Assembly: GCA_045805565.1 (NCBI GenBank)
Contig: JBJMKZ010000050.1
Span: 13,858-77,857 of the forward strand
Reading direction: 5' to 3'
DNA length: 64,000 nt
Source of the DNA: Solirubrobacteraceae bacterium
GTDB taxonomy: Bacteria > Actinomycetota > Thermoleophilia > Solirubrobacterales > Solirubrobacteraceae
In this document: positions 31,825 to 40,447 of the stretch, piece by piece
How positions within the stretch are numbered: the first letter of the stretch is position 1
Layout of the letters: the number at the start of each line of letters is the position of its first letter
Position numbers and translations under genes: made by a program
The notes under the pieces: model-generated
The model's database searches: none
The model's input: only the letters and a program-made list of their open reading frames with translations
What the model was told of the DNA's origin: nothing

Positions 31825-33684
31825 ATGGTGCACCTGGACCGGATCCTCCTCACCCTCCGCCGCACCAGACCGGCGATCGCCGTGCCCGCGGCGATCGCCG
31901 TCGTCGTCGCGCTGGCCATCACCGCCGCGGGCTCGTTCGGAGACGACCGGGGCCGTGGCGTGCCGGTCGAGCGCGGGGCGGTGGTGGCGACCGCGTCGGC
32001 GGACGGGAGCGTCCAGTCGGCGCAACAGCTGTCGCTGGGGTTCGAGGGGAGCGGGCGGATCGTCCAGGTCGCGGTCAAGGACGGCGACCGGGTCCATCGC
32101 GGGGAGCTCCTGGCCCGCCTCGAGGACGGCCCCCAGCGCGCCCGGCTGGCCGCGGCGCAGTCCGACCTCGGCTCGGCTCGGGCCAGGCTCACGCAGACCC
32201 AGACCGGTCTCACGCCGGTCGAGCTGGCCGCGCACGGCCGCCTGGCCGACCAGGCGCGGGTCGCGGTGTCCAACGCGCGCCGCGATGTGGCCGACGCCGC
32301 CCGGGTCGCGCGGACCAACGTGGGCGGGCTTCGCCACGCGCTCGCGCGCGCCCAGGTGAGCGGTGAGATCCTCGACCTGCGCGAGTCGGAGCTGCGCGCG
32401 GTCCAGGAGCGGGCCCAGGTAAGGGTCCTGAGCCGCCGCTACCTCGATGCCAAGGCCACCCGTGACGCCGACGAGCGCGACCTCGAGCAGGCGCTGAACC
32501 GTCAGCGCAAAACCCAGAACCGGACGCCCGCCGAGGACCGGCCGACCCAGCAGTCCCTCAATCAGGCGAACTACGCCGTCAACGTCTTGCAGGCCCGGGT
32601 CAACAACGACAACGTCGACATGTCGAACGCCCGCCAGGCACTCGACAACCAGGTGGGGTATATGCGCAACCTCATCTTGGAGGTGGACAACCGGCGCACC
32701 GCCCTGCGCAACGCCCGCCGCAACCTCGGCGACGCGGCCAACAACCTGAGCAACGGGGTCGCCGGCGCCCGCCAGCAGATCAACTCCGCCCGGGACTCGT
32801 TGGCCACCACACAGGCCCAGCTGCAGGTCACGCTCGCGCAGAACCGGGTCGGAGAGCAGGTCAAGGCGGCCGACGTGGCGGCGGCGATGGCCGACATGGC
32901 GCGGGCCGTCTCGTCGGTACGGGACGCCCGCAAGGCGGTGACGGATACCGAGCTGCGGGCGCCCACCACCGGGGTGGTGGGGCACGTGAACGCCAGGGTC
33001 GGCGAGGTGGTGCGTCCCAGCTTCGGGGCCTCTCCTTCGGCCCAGCCCAGCCCGCAGCCCTCGGTGGCGGCGCCGCCGCCCACGACGACCACTCCCGGCC
33101 CGCAGGCCAACGGCCAGGGCGCCGTCAATCCGAGCCCCTCAGCCCCCCCGACGGGCGCCGCGGGTCCCAACCTGGCGGGGGTCGGAGGCCAGGGCGGGCA
33201 GGCGTTGATCACCCTGGCGCAGACCGAGGGGCTCCAGGTCAAGGCCGACTTCAGCGAGAGCGACGTGGCCCGGATGCAGGTCGGCGATCGCGCCGCGGTC
33301 ACCGTCGAGCCCTTCCCGGACCGGCGGTTCGCCGCCCACGTCGCGGCGATCGATCCGATCCCGACGGTGGCCTCCAACGTCGTGACCTACGAGGTCACGC
33401 TGGTGCTCGACGGCGACACCTACCGGGTGAAGCCGGGTATGAGCGCGAGCGCCAACGTCACCGTGGCGCGAGTCGAACATGCCCTCATCGTGCCGAGGAC
33501 CGCCGTGCGATCGCCCCAGGGCGCCCAACCGACCGTGACCGTGGTCCTCCCCAACGGCAGGCTCGAGCCGCGCCTGGTGATCACCGGCCTGCAGAGCGAC
33601 TCCAAGGTGCAGATCCTGGGCGGCGTGGGCCTGGGCGAGCGGGTGGTCCCGACGATCGCGCCCCCGCCTAACCTGGTCGGATGA
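31825..33684 (+). CDS. HlyD-family membrane fusion (periplasmic adaptor) protein with very long coiled coil and Pro-rich insert
   Basis: N-terminal TM. Lipoyl-like blocks: GRIVQVAVKDGDRVHRGELLARL and LRAPTTGVVGHVNARVGEVV. A coiled coil of about 280 aa sits between them. A beta-barrel/MPD region and the PSPQPSVAAPPPTTTTPGPQ linker follow. Confidence 0.8.
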   Translation: MVHLDRILLTLRRTRPAIAVPAAIAVVVALAITAAGSFGDDRGRGVPVERGAVVATASADGSVQSAQQLSLGFEGSGRIVQVAVKDGDRVHRGELLARLEDGPQRARLAAAQSDLGSARARLTQTQTGLTPVELAAHGRLADQARVAVSNARRDVADAARVARTNVGGLRHALARAQVSGEILDLRESELRAVQERAQVRVLSRRYLDAKATRDADERDLEQALNRQRKTQNRTPAEDRPTQQSLNQANYAVNVLQARVNNDNVDMSNARQALDNQVGYMRNLILEVDNRRTALRNARRNLGDAANNLSNGVAGARQQINSARDSLATTQAQLQVTLAQNRVGEQVKAADVAAAMADMARAVSSVRDARKAVTDTELRAPTTGVVGHVNARVGEVVRPSFGASPSAQPSPQPSVAAPPPTTTTPGPQANGQGAVNPSPSAPPTGAAGPNLAGVGGQGGQALITLAQTEGLQVKADFSESDVARMQVGDRAAVTVEPFPDRRFAAHVAAIDPIPTVASNVVTYEVTLVLDGDTYRVKPGMSASANVTVARVEHALIVPRTAVRSPQGAQPTVTVVLPNGRLEPRLVITGLQSDSKVQILGGVGLGERVVPTIAPPPNLVG

Positions 33685-34445
33685 CCCCGGGGCCGCGCAG
33701 TCCCGCGGAGAGCCCGTCCGCCCGGGCGGGCTCGGAGAGCGGCGACGGACGCTCGCAGGGCACCGACGGCCCGGCCACGGCGACGACCGACGAGGTCGGC
33801 GCACCGCCGGCGGCGACCGCCGCCGCCGAACGCCGCTCCATGCCCTGGCGGCGGATCGTCCCGGTGGCGGTGATCGTGGTCTTGCTGGCCGGCGCAGGCG
33901 GCGGCTACTACGTCTGGCAGGTCAGTCAGCGGGTGAAGATCGACGACGCCACCATCGACGCGCCCCAGACCACGCTGCCCGCCCACGCGGGCGGCAACCT
34001 CAAGGCGGTCTACGCCTCGGTGGGCGACATGGTGCGCCCCTACCGCCCGCTCGCCCGGGTGGGCAACGAGGTGATCACCTCCGACGTGTCCGGGATGGTC
34101 ATCTCCATCCGCCAGGACGTCGGCGCCTTCATCCCGCCCGGGACGACAGTGGTGACGCTGATCAACCCCCGGGCGCAGCGCGTCGAGGGCCAGATCGAGG
34201 AGGACAAGGGGCTCTCGGACCTGCGGATCGGCCAGCGCGCCGTGGTCAAGGTGGACGCGTTCGGCGGGCGCAAGTTTCCGGGAACGGTGGAGGAGATCAG
34301 CGACCAGCCCCATCAGCAGGCCATCAACTTCTCGATCTCCGACAAGCGCCAGACCCAGAAGTACGACGTCAAGGTCAGGCTCGTCGGACCGCCCGATCCC
34401 GGGCTGAGGCAGGGGATGTCGGCCCGGATCTGGGTCTACAAGTAA
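33681..34445 (+). CDS. Second, short HlyD-like adaptor protein (no coiled-coil hairpin)
   Basis: ATGA overlap. TM segment IVPVAVIVVLLAGAGGGYYVW. Barrel-sandwich blocks: GNLKAVYASVGDMVRPYRPLARV and SGMVISIRQDVGAFIPPGTTVVTL. The beta-barrel block reads VKVDAFGGRKFPGTVEEIS. Confidence 0.7.
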   Translation: MTPGPRSPAESPSARAGSESGDGRSQGTDGPATATTDEVGAPPAATAAAERRSMPWRRIVPVAVIVVLLAGAGGGYYVWQVSQRVKIDDATIDAPQTTLPAHAGGNLKAVYASVGDMVRPYRPLARVGNEVITSDVSGMVISIRQDVGAFIPPGTTVVTLINPRAQRVEGQIEEDKGLSDLRIGQRAVVKVDAFGGRKFPGTVEEISDQPHQQAINFSISDKRQTQKYDVKVRLVGPPDPGLRQGMSARIWVYK

Positions 34446-34447
34446 CG

Positions 34448-35965
34448 ATGGCGCGCGACGACGGCCGCGGCGGCGCTTCCGGCGGTCGATCGCCATGGGC
34501 GGTCCTGACCACGGTGATGGTGGGAACCCTGCTGATCGGGCTCGACCGCACGATCATCAACCTGGCCATCCCCAACGTCATCAAGGACTTCGACATCACG
34601 GTGTCGACCGCGGGCTGGCTGGCCACCGCCTACATCATCTCCAACGCCGTCTTCGTGCCGGTGTTCGGCAAGCTCGGCGACATGATCGGGGACCGCCGCG
34701 TGTACACCGCCGGAATGTTCGGCTTCCTGGTGACCTCGGTGCTGTGCGGCCTGGCCCCGAACTTCGGAACGCTGGTGTTCTTCCGGGTGCTCCAGGGGCT
34801 GATCGGCGCGGCGGTGTTCCCCACCGGCCTGTCGCTCATCACCAGGACGTTCACCGACCGCAGGGCCCAGACGCAGGCGTTCGGCATCTGGACGTCCGCC
34901 TTCGCGGCCTCGTTCGTGATCGGTCCGCTGGTGGGCGGCCCACTGATCGACGCCCTCTCCTGGCGCTGGATCTTCTTCATCAACTTCCCCATCTGCCTGG
35001 TCGGGATCGCGATGTCCAGGCGCCTGCTGCCCCGCGATCCCCAGAGCGGACGGCTGCACACCTTCGACTGGGAGGGGTCGGTGCTGCTGGGGGTCGCGCT
35101 GGCCGCCCTGGTCCTGGTACTCGAGCGCGGCCGGGACTGGGGATGGGGGTCCCCGGTCAGTCTCGCCGCCTACCTGACCGTGCTGGTCTTCGTGGCGTGG
35201 TTCGTGCAGTTCGAGCGGCGCAGCCCGGATCCGGTGATCGACCTGCGGCTCGCGCGCAACCGGGTGCTGGTCAACTCGCTGGTGGTCACCTTCATCTCGT
35301 TCAGCGCGATGATGGGCTCGATGTTCCTGCTGCCCAACTTCGCCCAGACCTACCTGGGCTATACCGCGACCAAGACCGGCCTGCTCCTGCTGCCGATGGC
35401 GCTGACCATGATGATCGTGGCTCCGCTGGGGAGCCGCTTCGCGGCCAGGTTCCCCGCTCGGGTCTCGATCACCACCGGAATGACCATCGCCGCGGTGGCG
35501 ATGTACCTGCTGCACGGACTCGACGCGAGGACCACTGCGCTGGAGCTCACGCTCCCGATGATGCTGCTGGCCCTGGGCCTGGCGCTCGGCTTCGCGCCGC
35601 TGACCGCGGCGGCGACCACGTCCGTTCCCCCGCGCGAGGCGGGGATGGCATCGGGCATCCTCAACCTCACCCGCAACGTGGCCGGGGCCCTGGGCATCGC
35701 GGTGTTCGGCACCCTGCTGGACAACAACATCGAGAGCAACGTCCTGGACATCGGGGGCGCCACGGTCATGCAGAGCCCGGCCCCGGCGATGGGGGGGATG
35801 ATTCCCCAGCTCATCGTGGTCAAGTCCGAGATCGAGGCGTACGGGCACGTCTTCGCCGCCGCGGCCCTGGTGATGCTCGTCTGTGCCTTCGTGGCCCTGA
35901 CCGTGCGCGACGCGCCGCGGCGGTCCGCCGACCTGGAGGCCGCCGAGGCGGCATCGGTGGCATGA
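34448..35965 (+). CDS. MFS drug:H+ antiporter, DHA2 (EmrB/QacA, 14-TMS) family
   Basis: Blocks: LDRTIINLAIPNV, GWLATAYIISNAVFVPVFGKLGDMIGDRRVY, FRVLQGLIGAAVFP. Confidence 0.85.
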   Translation: MARDDGRGGASGGRSPWAVLTTVMVGTLLIGLDRTIINLAIPNVIKDFDITVSTAGWLATAYIISNAVFVPVFGKLGDMIGDRRVYTAGMFGFLVTSVLCGLAPNFGTLVFFRVLQGLIGAAVFPTGLSLITRTFTDRRAQTQAFGIWTSAFAASFVIGPLVGGPLIDALSWRWIFFINFPICLVGIAMSRRLLPRDPQSGRLHTFDWEGSVLLGVALAALVLVLERGRDWGWGSPVSLAAYLTVLVFVAWFVQFERRSPDPVIDLRLARNRVLVNSLVVTFISFSAMMGSMFLLPNFAQTYLGYTATKTGLLLLPMALTMMIVAPLGSRFAARFPARVSITTGMTIAAVAMYLLHGLDARTTALELTLPMMLLALGLALGFAPLTAAATTSVPPREAGMASGILNLTRNVAGALGIAVFGTLLDNNIESNVLDIGGATVMQSPAPAMGGMIPQLIVVKSEIEAYGHVFAAAALVMLVCAFVALTVRDAPRRSADLEAAEAASVA

Positions 35966-36309
35966 GGCGGCTCGCCTGCGCCCTGGTCGTGGGGGCGGTG
36001 CTGGCGGTCCCCGGCGTCGCCCAGGCCCACACCCTGACCATGGGCCTCGCACTCTTCAAGGCCAGGCAGTACGTGGCGGCGCTGGCGGCCCGGACCTTTC
36101 CGACCCAGGAGGTCGGCTGGCAGATCACCGGCTGTGCCCGCGTGAGTCCTCACGCGGTGAACTGCGCGTTCTTCACGGTCAGCGAGTCCGACCCCGTCAT
36201 CCAGCGGCGGTTCCGCTGCGACGAGGCGGTCCAGATCTACTACGCCACCCCGCGCAGCCACTACCGGCACACCCGCCCGATCGGGATGCCCCGCTGCCGG
36301 CGGGAGTGA
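35962..36309 (+). CDS. Small secreted Cys-containing protein, uncharacterized (last gene of efflux operon)
   Basis: ATGA overlap with the MFS stop. The signal peptide is MRRLACALVVGAVLAVPGVAQA. The mature part has 4 Cys. Confidence 0.6.
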   Translation: MRRLACALVVGAVLAVPGVAQAHTLTMGLALFKARQYVAALAARTFPTQEVGWQITGCARVSPHAVNCAFFTVSESDPVIQRRFRCDEAVQIYYATPRSHYRHTRPIGMPRCRRE

Positions 36310-36548
36310 GCGAACTCACGCGAAGCTCGGCCATCGGGCTCGCGGCCGCCATCCGCGAGGGACGGGCCAGCGCCCGTGCCGCTGGGCCTCGGCGAGCGCG
36401 GCCTGCCCTCGGCGTGCAGGTGGCGGCCGGACCGGGCCGCGATCACGTCTCGATCGCGGTGGCGCTGGAGCCCGAGCGGGTGTTCGGCGGGTGGGTGGCG
36501 CCCGCTGGGCACCAGCGCCCCGCGGTCGACCGGGCGGCGGGGCTCTAG
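36306..36548 (+). pseudogene. Internally deleted relic of an amidase-signature (GatA-like) gene
   Basis: This 80-codon ORF starts with SELTRSSAIGLAAAIREGRASA, which resembles the amidase N-terminus LS..ELAAAIR.GE.SA. It ends with GVQVAAGPGRDHVSIAVALEPE, which resembles the amidase C-terminal block P.GLQLIGRP.DE..LL.LA..LE. The roughly 400-aa catalytic core is absent. Confidence 0.4.
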
Positions 36549-36769
36549 TAGATGTCCTCGCGACGCTCGCGCACGACCGTCCCGTCTCGCGCGCGCCGAC
36601 GGTCCGCCCAGACGGTCATCCAGAACAGGGAGATCACCAGGCCGACGATCCCGACGATCATCAGGATGAGGCCGACGGTGGCGATCTCGATGCCCGAGAT
36701 GGACGCCTGGACGGCGAAGTAGAGGATCGCGCCCACCGCGATGAGGAACAGCGAGGTTCCGATGCCCAT
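36545..36769 (-). CDS. DUF6458-family small membrane protein
   Basis: ATG 36767-36769 with AAAGGAA upstream. The N-terminus MGIGTSLFLIAVGAILYFAV is the hallmark of this actinobacterial family. There are two TM helices. Confidence 0.7.
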   Translation of the reverse strand: MGIGTSLFLIAVGAILYFAVQASISGIEIATVGLILMIVGIVGLVISLFWMTVWADRRRARDGTVVRERREDIY

Positions 36770-36863
36770 GCCAGCGTTCCTTTCGACTAGTTCGGTCTCT
36801 GGTCTACCCACGCCCGATGGCTTCGACGCGCGATCAACGGCTGCGCTCCCGTAGGCTCCGGCC

Positions 36864-38069
36864 ATGATCGAGGGCTCGGTCGCGCCGGGATTCGAGGAGG
36901 TCCGCGACCGGTTCGAGGCGAACTTCACCCGGCGCGACGAGGTGGGGGCCGCGGTCGCGGCCTTCCACCGCGGCGCCGAGGTGGTTGACCTGTGGGGCGG
37001 GCTGCGCGACCCCGACCGCCGGGACCCGTGGCTGCGCGACACCCTCGTGCTCGTCTACTCGACCTCGAAGGGCCTGGCGGCGATGACGCTGGCGCTCGCC
37101 CACTCCCGCGGCTGGCTGGACTACGACGAGCGCGTCGCCGCCTACTGGCCCGAGTTCGCCCGCAACGGCAAGGAGCGCATCACCGTGCGCCAGCTGCTCG
37201 CCCACCAGGCGGGGCTGCCGGTGGTGGACGAGCCGCTCGACCACCGCCGCCTGGCCGACTTCGACCGCCTGGCGGCGGCCATCGCCGGGCAGGCTCCGGC
37301 CTGGGAGCCGGGGACCAGGCACGGCTACCACGGACTGAGCCTCGGCTGGTACGAGGGCGAGCTGATCCGCCGCGTCGATCCGCGCCACCGGACGCTGGGG
37401 CGATTCTTCGCGGAGGAGATCGCGGCGCCGCTCGGGCTCGAGTTCTACTTCGGGCTGCCCGATGACGTCCCGCCCGAGCGTCTGGCGCCGATCCAGGCGT
37501 CGCGAACGCTGCGCGCGCTGCTGCAGATGCGCAACCTGCCCCGCGGGATGGTGCTCGGCTTCGCCCGCCGAAGCTCGCTGACCGCGCGCGCCTTCTCCAA
37601 CCCCAAGCTGCGCGGCCCGGCGGACCTCGACTCGCCGCGCTACCGCGCCGTGGAGTTCCCCGCCGGAGGCGGCATCGGCCAGGTGCGCAGCATCGCGCGC
37701 GCCTACGCCGCCCTTGCCTCGGGTGGGGCGGAACTGGGCATCGCGCCGGAGACGCTCGGGGAGGTGCAACGGGCGGCCGTCGCTCCCAGCGGCGGCGACC
37801 ACGACCTGGTCCTGCGAGTCCCGACCGCCTACTCGCTCGGCTTCGTCAAGCCGTCGCGCGACTTCCGTTTCGGAAGCGGCCCGAGCGCCTTCGGGCACCC
37901 GGGCGCGGGTGGCTCCTTCGCGTTCGCGGACCCCGAACGCCAGGTGGGCTTCGCCTACGCGCCCAACCGGCTCGGGTACCACCTGCGCGACGACCCGCGC
38001 GAGAAGTCGCTGCGCGACGCGCTGTATCGCTGCCTCGACCGCGTCGGGGCACCCGCGCCGGTCGGCTGA
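36864..38069 (+). CDS. Serine hydrolase, beta-lactamase/esterase (class C-like) family
   Basis: The S-x-x-K motif is YSTSKG. Also LLAHQAGLP and a Tyr/His-Gly region near the C-terminus (GHPGAGGS). Confidence 0.85.
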   Translation: MIEGSVAPGFEEVRDRFEANFTRRDEVGAAVAAFHRGAEVVDLWGGLRDPDRRDPWLRDTLVLVYSTSKGLAAMTLALAHSRGWLDYDERVAAYWPEFARNGKERITVRQLLAHQAGLPVVDEPLDHRRLADFDRLAAAIAGQAPAWEPGTRHGYHGLSLGWYEGELIRRVDPRHRTLGRFFAEEIAAPLGLEFYFGLPDDVPPERLAPIQASRTLRALLQMRNLPRGMVLGFARRSSLTARAFSNPKLRGPADLDSPRYRAVEFPAGGGIGQVRSIARAYAALASGGAELGIAPETLGEVQRAAVAPSGGDHDLVLRVPTAYSLGFVKPSRDFRFGSGPSAFGHPGAGGSFAFADPERQVGFAYAPNRLGYHLRDDPREKSLRDALYRCLDRVGAPAPVG

Positions 38070-38097
38070 TCGGTTGCCGAGAGCCCCGTCGGCGGCG

Positions 38098-39606
38098 TCA
38101 AATCCGCGTGGGGATGCTCTGGGGGAACCGGAAGACGTCGTCGGGGTCGTACGTGCGCTTGACGGCCACCAGCCGCTCGAGGTTGGACCCGTAGTAGGCG
38201 CGCCGCCAGTCGCGCAGCGACGGATCGATGAAGTTCTGGTAAGACGAGCCCGAGACGTGGGGCCGCAGCGCGGCCGAGAATCCCTCGAGCCAGTGCAGGT
38301 TCGCGGCGATCACCCGCTCGGGGTCCCGGTCTCCCCAGGCGGTGTCGAGCGCGACCAGCAACCGTGAGTCGCGATGGACGAAGGCGGTGGCGCCCGCCGG
38401 CACCGCGTTCATCGCCCCGCCCCAGGCGAACACGGCGACCCCGGCTCCATCCGGGCTCGAGCTGCCCGGCCATCTCTCCATCCATCGCACGAGCGTGTCG
38501 ATCCCGGAGTCGGACAGGAACTCGTCGGCGTAGCTCGACTTCACCGCGAAGCGTCCCCGTGGGACGTTGTGGAAGAGGAACGCCTTGGCCTGCCAGAACG
38601 TCCGGTCCGCGATCAGCCGGGCGGTCACAGGCGCCGCGCTGAGCGCCGGATCCAGGAGCGCCATCAGCTCACGTCGGGGGCCGAAGTACTGCCCCACAGC
38701 CGAGACGGAGCGTCGCCGCCGGCCGTTGGCAGAGCCCTGCGATGAGCTTTCGAGCCCGAACCGACACGAGAACTCGTCCGGCGCCCGGGCGATCACCTTC
38801 TGCAGCGCCGCGACCGCGTCGCGGGCGTGGCGCCAGTCCCACTCGAGCTTGTAGATCGACACCTTCGCGACCGGATGGACCCGGAATTTGAACCCGGTGT
38901 TCACCCCCAGGTTGCCGCCCCCGCCGCCGCGACAGGCCCAGAACAGGTCGGCGTGATCGCGTTCGCTGCAGGTCACGACGCGGCCGGAGGCGGTCACCAT
39001 CTCGGTCTCCACCAGGCTGTCGGAGGTCAATCCGAGCTTTCGCGAGCTGAAGCCGAACCCGCCTCCCAGCACGAGCCCGCTGATCCCGACGCTCGGACAC
39101 CGACCGGCCGAGATCGCCACGCCGTGAGGCTGCAGGCCGTCATAGACATCCGTGTTCTTTGCGCCCGCGCCGACCACCACCGTCCCCCGGGACGCGTCCA
39201 CCTGGACGTTGCGCATGCGACTGACGTCGACGATGAGCCCGGTGGTCGCCGAGTACCCACCGTAGCTGTGGCCTCCCGAGCGGGTGACGATCGGCACGCC
39301 GTGCTCCCGTGACCAGCGGATCGATTCGCGCACGTCGGCCGGCCGGCTGCAGACGGCCACCGCCGCGGGACGTATGCCGCTGTAGCGCCGGTTGAAGGGC
39401 AGCCTCAGCGACGCGTAGGCGGGCGTCCCCGGGCGTACCAATGGCCCGTCGAGCAGCTGGGCCAGCCGCCGCCAATCCGCATCGGTCGGACCCTTGCCGC
39501 CGCACGCGCTCAGCCACTCCAGCTGGGAAGCCACGGCGGCCGATACGGCCATCCCACCCGCCCGGCGGACGAACTGGCGTCTGGTGATCGCGCCGGCCGC
39601 CTCCAC
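38098..39606 (-). CDS. Tat-exported FAD-linked oxidase with berberine-bridge (BBE) C-terminal domain
   Basis: Twin-arginine signal TRRQFVRRAGG plus lipobox-like LSAC. FAD_binding_4 blocks (RSGGHSYGGYS). The BBE tail reads VKRTYDPDDVFRFPQSI. Confidence 0.85.
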   Translation of the reverse strand: MEAAGAITRRQFVRRAGGMAVSAAVASQLEWLSACGGKGPTDADWRRLAQLLDGPLVRPGTPAYASLRLPFNRRYSGIRPAAVAVCSRPADVRESIRWSREHGVPIVTRSGGHSYGGYSATTGLIVDVSRMRNVQVDASRGTVVVGAGAKNTDVYDGLQPHGVAISAGRCPSVGISGLVLGGGFGFSSRKLGLTSDSLVETEMVTASGRVVTCSERDHADLFWACRGGGGGNLGVNTGFKFRVHPVAKVSIYKLEWDWRHARDAVAALQKVIARAPDEFSCRFGLESSSQGSANGRRRRSVSAVGQYFGPRRELMALLDPALSAAPVTARLIADRTFWQAKAFLFHNVPRGRFAVKSSYADEFLSDSGIDTLVRWMERWPGSSSPDGAGVAVFAWGGAMNAVPAGATAFVHRDSRLLVALDTAWGDRDPERVIAANLHWLEGFSAALRPHVSGSSYQNFIDPSLRDWRRAYYGSNLERLVAVKRTYDPDDVFRFPQSIPTRI

Positions 39607-39664
39607 GAGCCGAGCCTAGCCGACGTGTGCCGGCGCACGCGATCGGCGCAGCTCGCTTACGCCG

Positions 39665-40447
39665 TCAGTGCAGCCGGCGGTATCGCCACACGCAGAGGGG
39701 GACGAATACCGCCAGGATCGCCACGCTCCACAGCACCGTGGCCACCAGCGGGCCGGCCACCTCGCCGCCGATGGCGAGCCCCCGGGCCGCGTTGGTGGTC
39801 GCGGTCACCGGGCTGATGGTGGCGAACCCCTCCAGCCAGGAGGGCATCGTCTTGAGCGGGACGAAGATCGAGCTGGCGAACACCAGCGGAAAGATCGCGA
39901 TGAAGCCGGCGGACTGGGCGGCCTCGGGCACCCGGGCGGTTAGGCCCACGAAGACGAAGATCCAGCTCAGCGCGAAGCTGAACAGCCCGACCACCAGGAT
40001 CGACCCGACCGCCTCGGCCGCCCCCTCCTGGAAGCGGAAGCCGATCACGTACCCGACCGCCGCCATCAGGACGATGACGAAGAGGTTGCGCGCCAGGTCG
40101 GCGATCGTGCGCCCGGCGACCACCGCCGAGCGCGCCATCGGCATCGAGCGGAAGCGGTCGATCACCCCGCGCTGCAGGTCCTCGGCCAGGCCGATAGCGG
40201 TCTGGGTGGCCCTGAACGCCACCGACTGGATGAAGATGCCGGGCAGCAGGAACTCCTTGTAGTCGACCCCCGCGGGCAACGACCTGCCCACCGCTCCCCC
40301 GAACACGTAGGAGAACAGCACCACGAACATCACCGGCTGGATGGTGGAGAACAGCAGCAGCTGAGGCTGGCGCGTGAAGTGGCGCAGGTTGCGGACGGTC
40401 ACCACCAGGCAGTCGCTCGCCGACCAGCGCAGGCGCTCGAGGGTCAT
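39665..40447 (-). CDS. ABC-2 type exporter permease (DrrB-like)
   Basis: ATGA overlap with the ATPase stop. It has six TM helices. The N-terminus reads RNLRHFTRQPQLLLFSTIQPVMFVVLF. Confidence 0.85.
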   Translation of the reverse strand: MTLERLRWSASDCLVVTVRNLRHFTRQPQLLLFSTIQPVMFVVLFSYVFGGAVGRSLPAGVDYKEFLLPGIFIQSVAFRATQTAIGLAEDLQRGVIDRFRSMPMARSAVVAGRTIADLARNLFVIVLMAAVGYVIGFRFQEGAAEAVGSILVVGLFSFALSWIFVFVGLTARVPEAAQSAGFIAIFPLVFASSIFVPLKTMPSWLEGFATISPVTATTNAARGLAIGGEVAGPLVATVLWSVAILAVFVPLCVWRYRRLH

